From NCBI GenBank assembly GCA_044892525.1, contig CM097885.1:140306001-140370000 (forward strand): 64,000 nucleotides of DNA, given 5' to 3'. The position numbers and the translations under genes were made by a program. Positions 63,201-64,000 of the stretch are shown piece after piece. The notes beneath the pieces are model-generated. The model did not search any database. It had not been told where the DNA came from and saw nothing but the letters and a program-made list of their open reading frames with translations. Within the stretch, counting starts at the first letter, position 1. Every line of letters begins with the position of its first letter. This stretch comes from Schmidtea polychroa (taxonomy: Eukaryota).

Positions 63201-64000
63201 TGCTCTATCTATTATCTGTCTTGACATGTAGATCCCTGCGTAGTTGGTCTTGTAGACGATACTATCGCATTTGGTGGTCTCCTTTTCTCTGATGAATCTC
63301 ATACCCAGGTCTGGGTCGTCTGTGATCAGTGCCGTTGGTGTTTTTTGTGTTGCGAGCCTCTTTTCCCTGGGCGCGGGTGGTACTGGTTTCCCATTTCGCA
63401 TTCTCACCTTTCCATTTCCATCCTCGTCATCTTCGTTCTCATAAATTTCCCCTTTTACTTCATTGAACAGGGCACTTTTTAACAATTGGAGTCGGCATTT
63501 TTGGGTGTTAGCTTCATATATTATGGTCGAAACCCCCGTCTTGCATACGTTTTCCGTAGCCTTACATATGGGGTTGGTTTTCATTTGATAATTATTGGCG
63601 TCAAATTGTGCTTCGTATTCTTTTAATTCCACTGTATAGGACTCGATTACTACTACCCCCGATATCGCCTCTCCTCTGATCGTATACGTACCTCCGTTAC
63701 ATGTACCATCAGTTGATTTTACGCGTCCGGCTACATAAATGCTTTCGGTTTTAATCATTCCGCTTTGCCCGTGTATCGTTACTCCGTCTCGGATCCTCAT
63801 CGCTCCGGTTCTAAACAGTTCTTTGCAATCCTCTCTTTGTATAGGCACTATTTCTTTATCCAATCCGGGTAGTATGAGAGTTGAATATGAATATTGTCCA
63901 CAGTAATACGCCAACACACGTTTTGATACTACGCACTCCTTTGCCAGCGTCCTGATGAAATCCGATTCTTGATACACGTGATATGAGACCTTTTTGTTCA
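60216..64000 (-). CDS. Polyprotein N-terminal part (5'-incomplete): chuvirus-like class III glycoprotein, TM, aspartic protease, spacer, RT
   Basis: The frame is open to the window edge (NKKVSYHVYQESD...). Glycoprotein Cys pattern: YYCGQYS, DGTCNGG, NDCSLNKEILKTKLAIA, GEVMYTYAC, CANELEI...FVQPVTRI...C...GKW. TM MAGILGIILIIQIV; protease [47 protein letters not shown]. A 1-nt excess in an A7 run (60216-60222) shifts the frame. Confidence 0.9.

Larger units (their letters stand above)
46834..64000 (-). mobile_element. Giant env-bearing Ty3/gypsy-like retroelement (3' portion; continues beyond the window)
   Basis: Co-oriented glycoprotein-PR-RT-RH-IN-ankyrin polyprotein, five further intronless ORFs and a terminal TG...CA repeat. 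GC-richer than host DNA with an A-rich sense strand. Confidence 0.85.

Noticed and set aside
1-64000. rRNA, tRNA genes, CRISPR arrays, prokaryotic operons
   Set aside because: None seen; the window is eukaryotic, with spliceosomal introns.

Overview
This window is from an AT-rich eukaryotic (animal-like) scaffold with three N-gaps. Only two ordinary host genes are clear, both on the minus strand with 40-84 bp introns: a 7-exon inorganic pyrophosphatase (9501-10678) and a 2-exon yippee-like gene (42428-42860). The rest is mostly nested mobile DNA: Ty3/gypsy relics, a full-length short-LTR gypsy element inserted in an R2-like LINE and itself hit by a Tc1, an intact hAT (hATm-like) transposon, hAT MITEs, and a decayed Polinton-type pPolB. 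The main object is the 3' part (46834-64000, minus strand, continuing past the window edge) of a giant Ty3/gypsy-like element. Its polyprotein order is chuvirus-like class III glycoprotein, TM, protease, RT, RNase H, integrase, a duplicated ankyrin module, and an FN3-like membrane-protein tail. An array of intronless accessory ORFs follows (TRAF zinc-finger/MATH, two coiled-coil proteins, a membrane protein). It ends in a putative ~4 kb LTR that carries its own promoter, splice donor, a conserved structured RNA, a spliced 249-aa ORF and a poly(A) signal. Diverged fragments of related gene-carrying LTRs recur at about 0.3, 4.8, 11, 25-26, 28.6-30, 37-38, 39-41 and 44.8 kb. The host cannot be identified from the sequence alone; a flatworm (planarian) or similar AT-rich invertebrate is plausible. 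All family assignments come from motif recognition by eye, not database searches.
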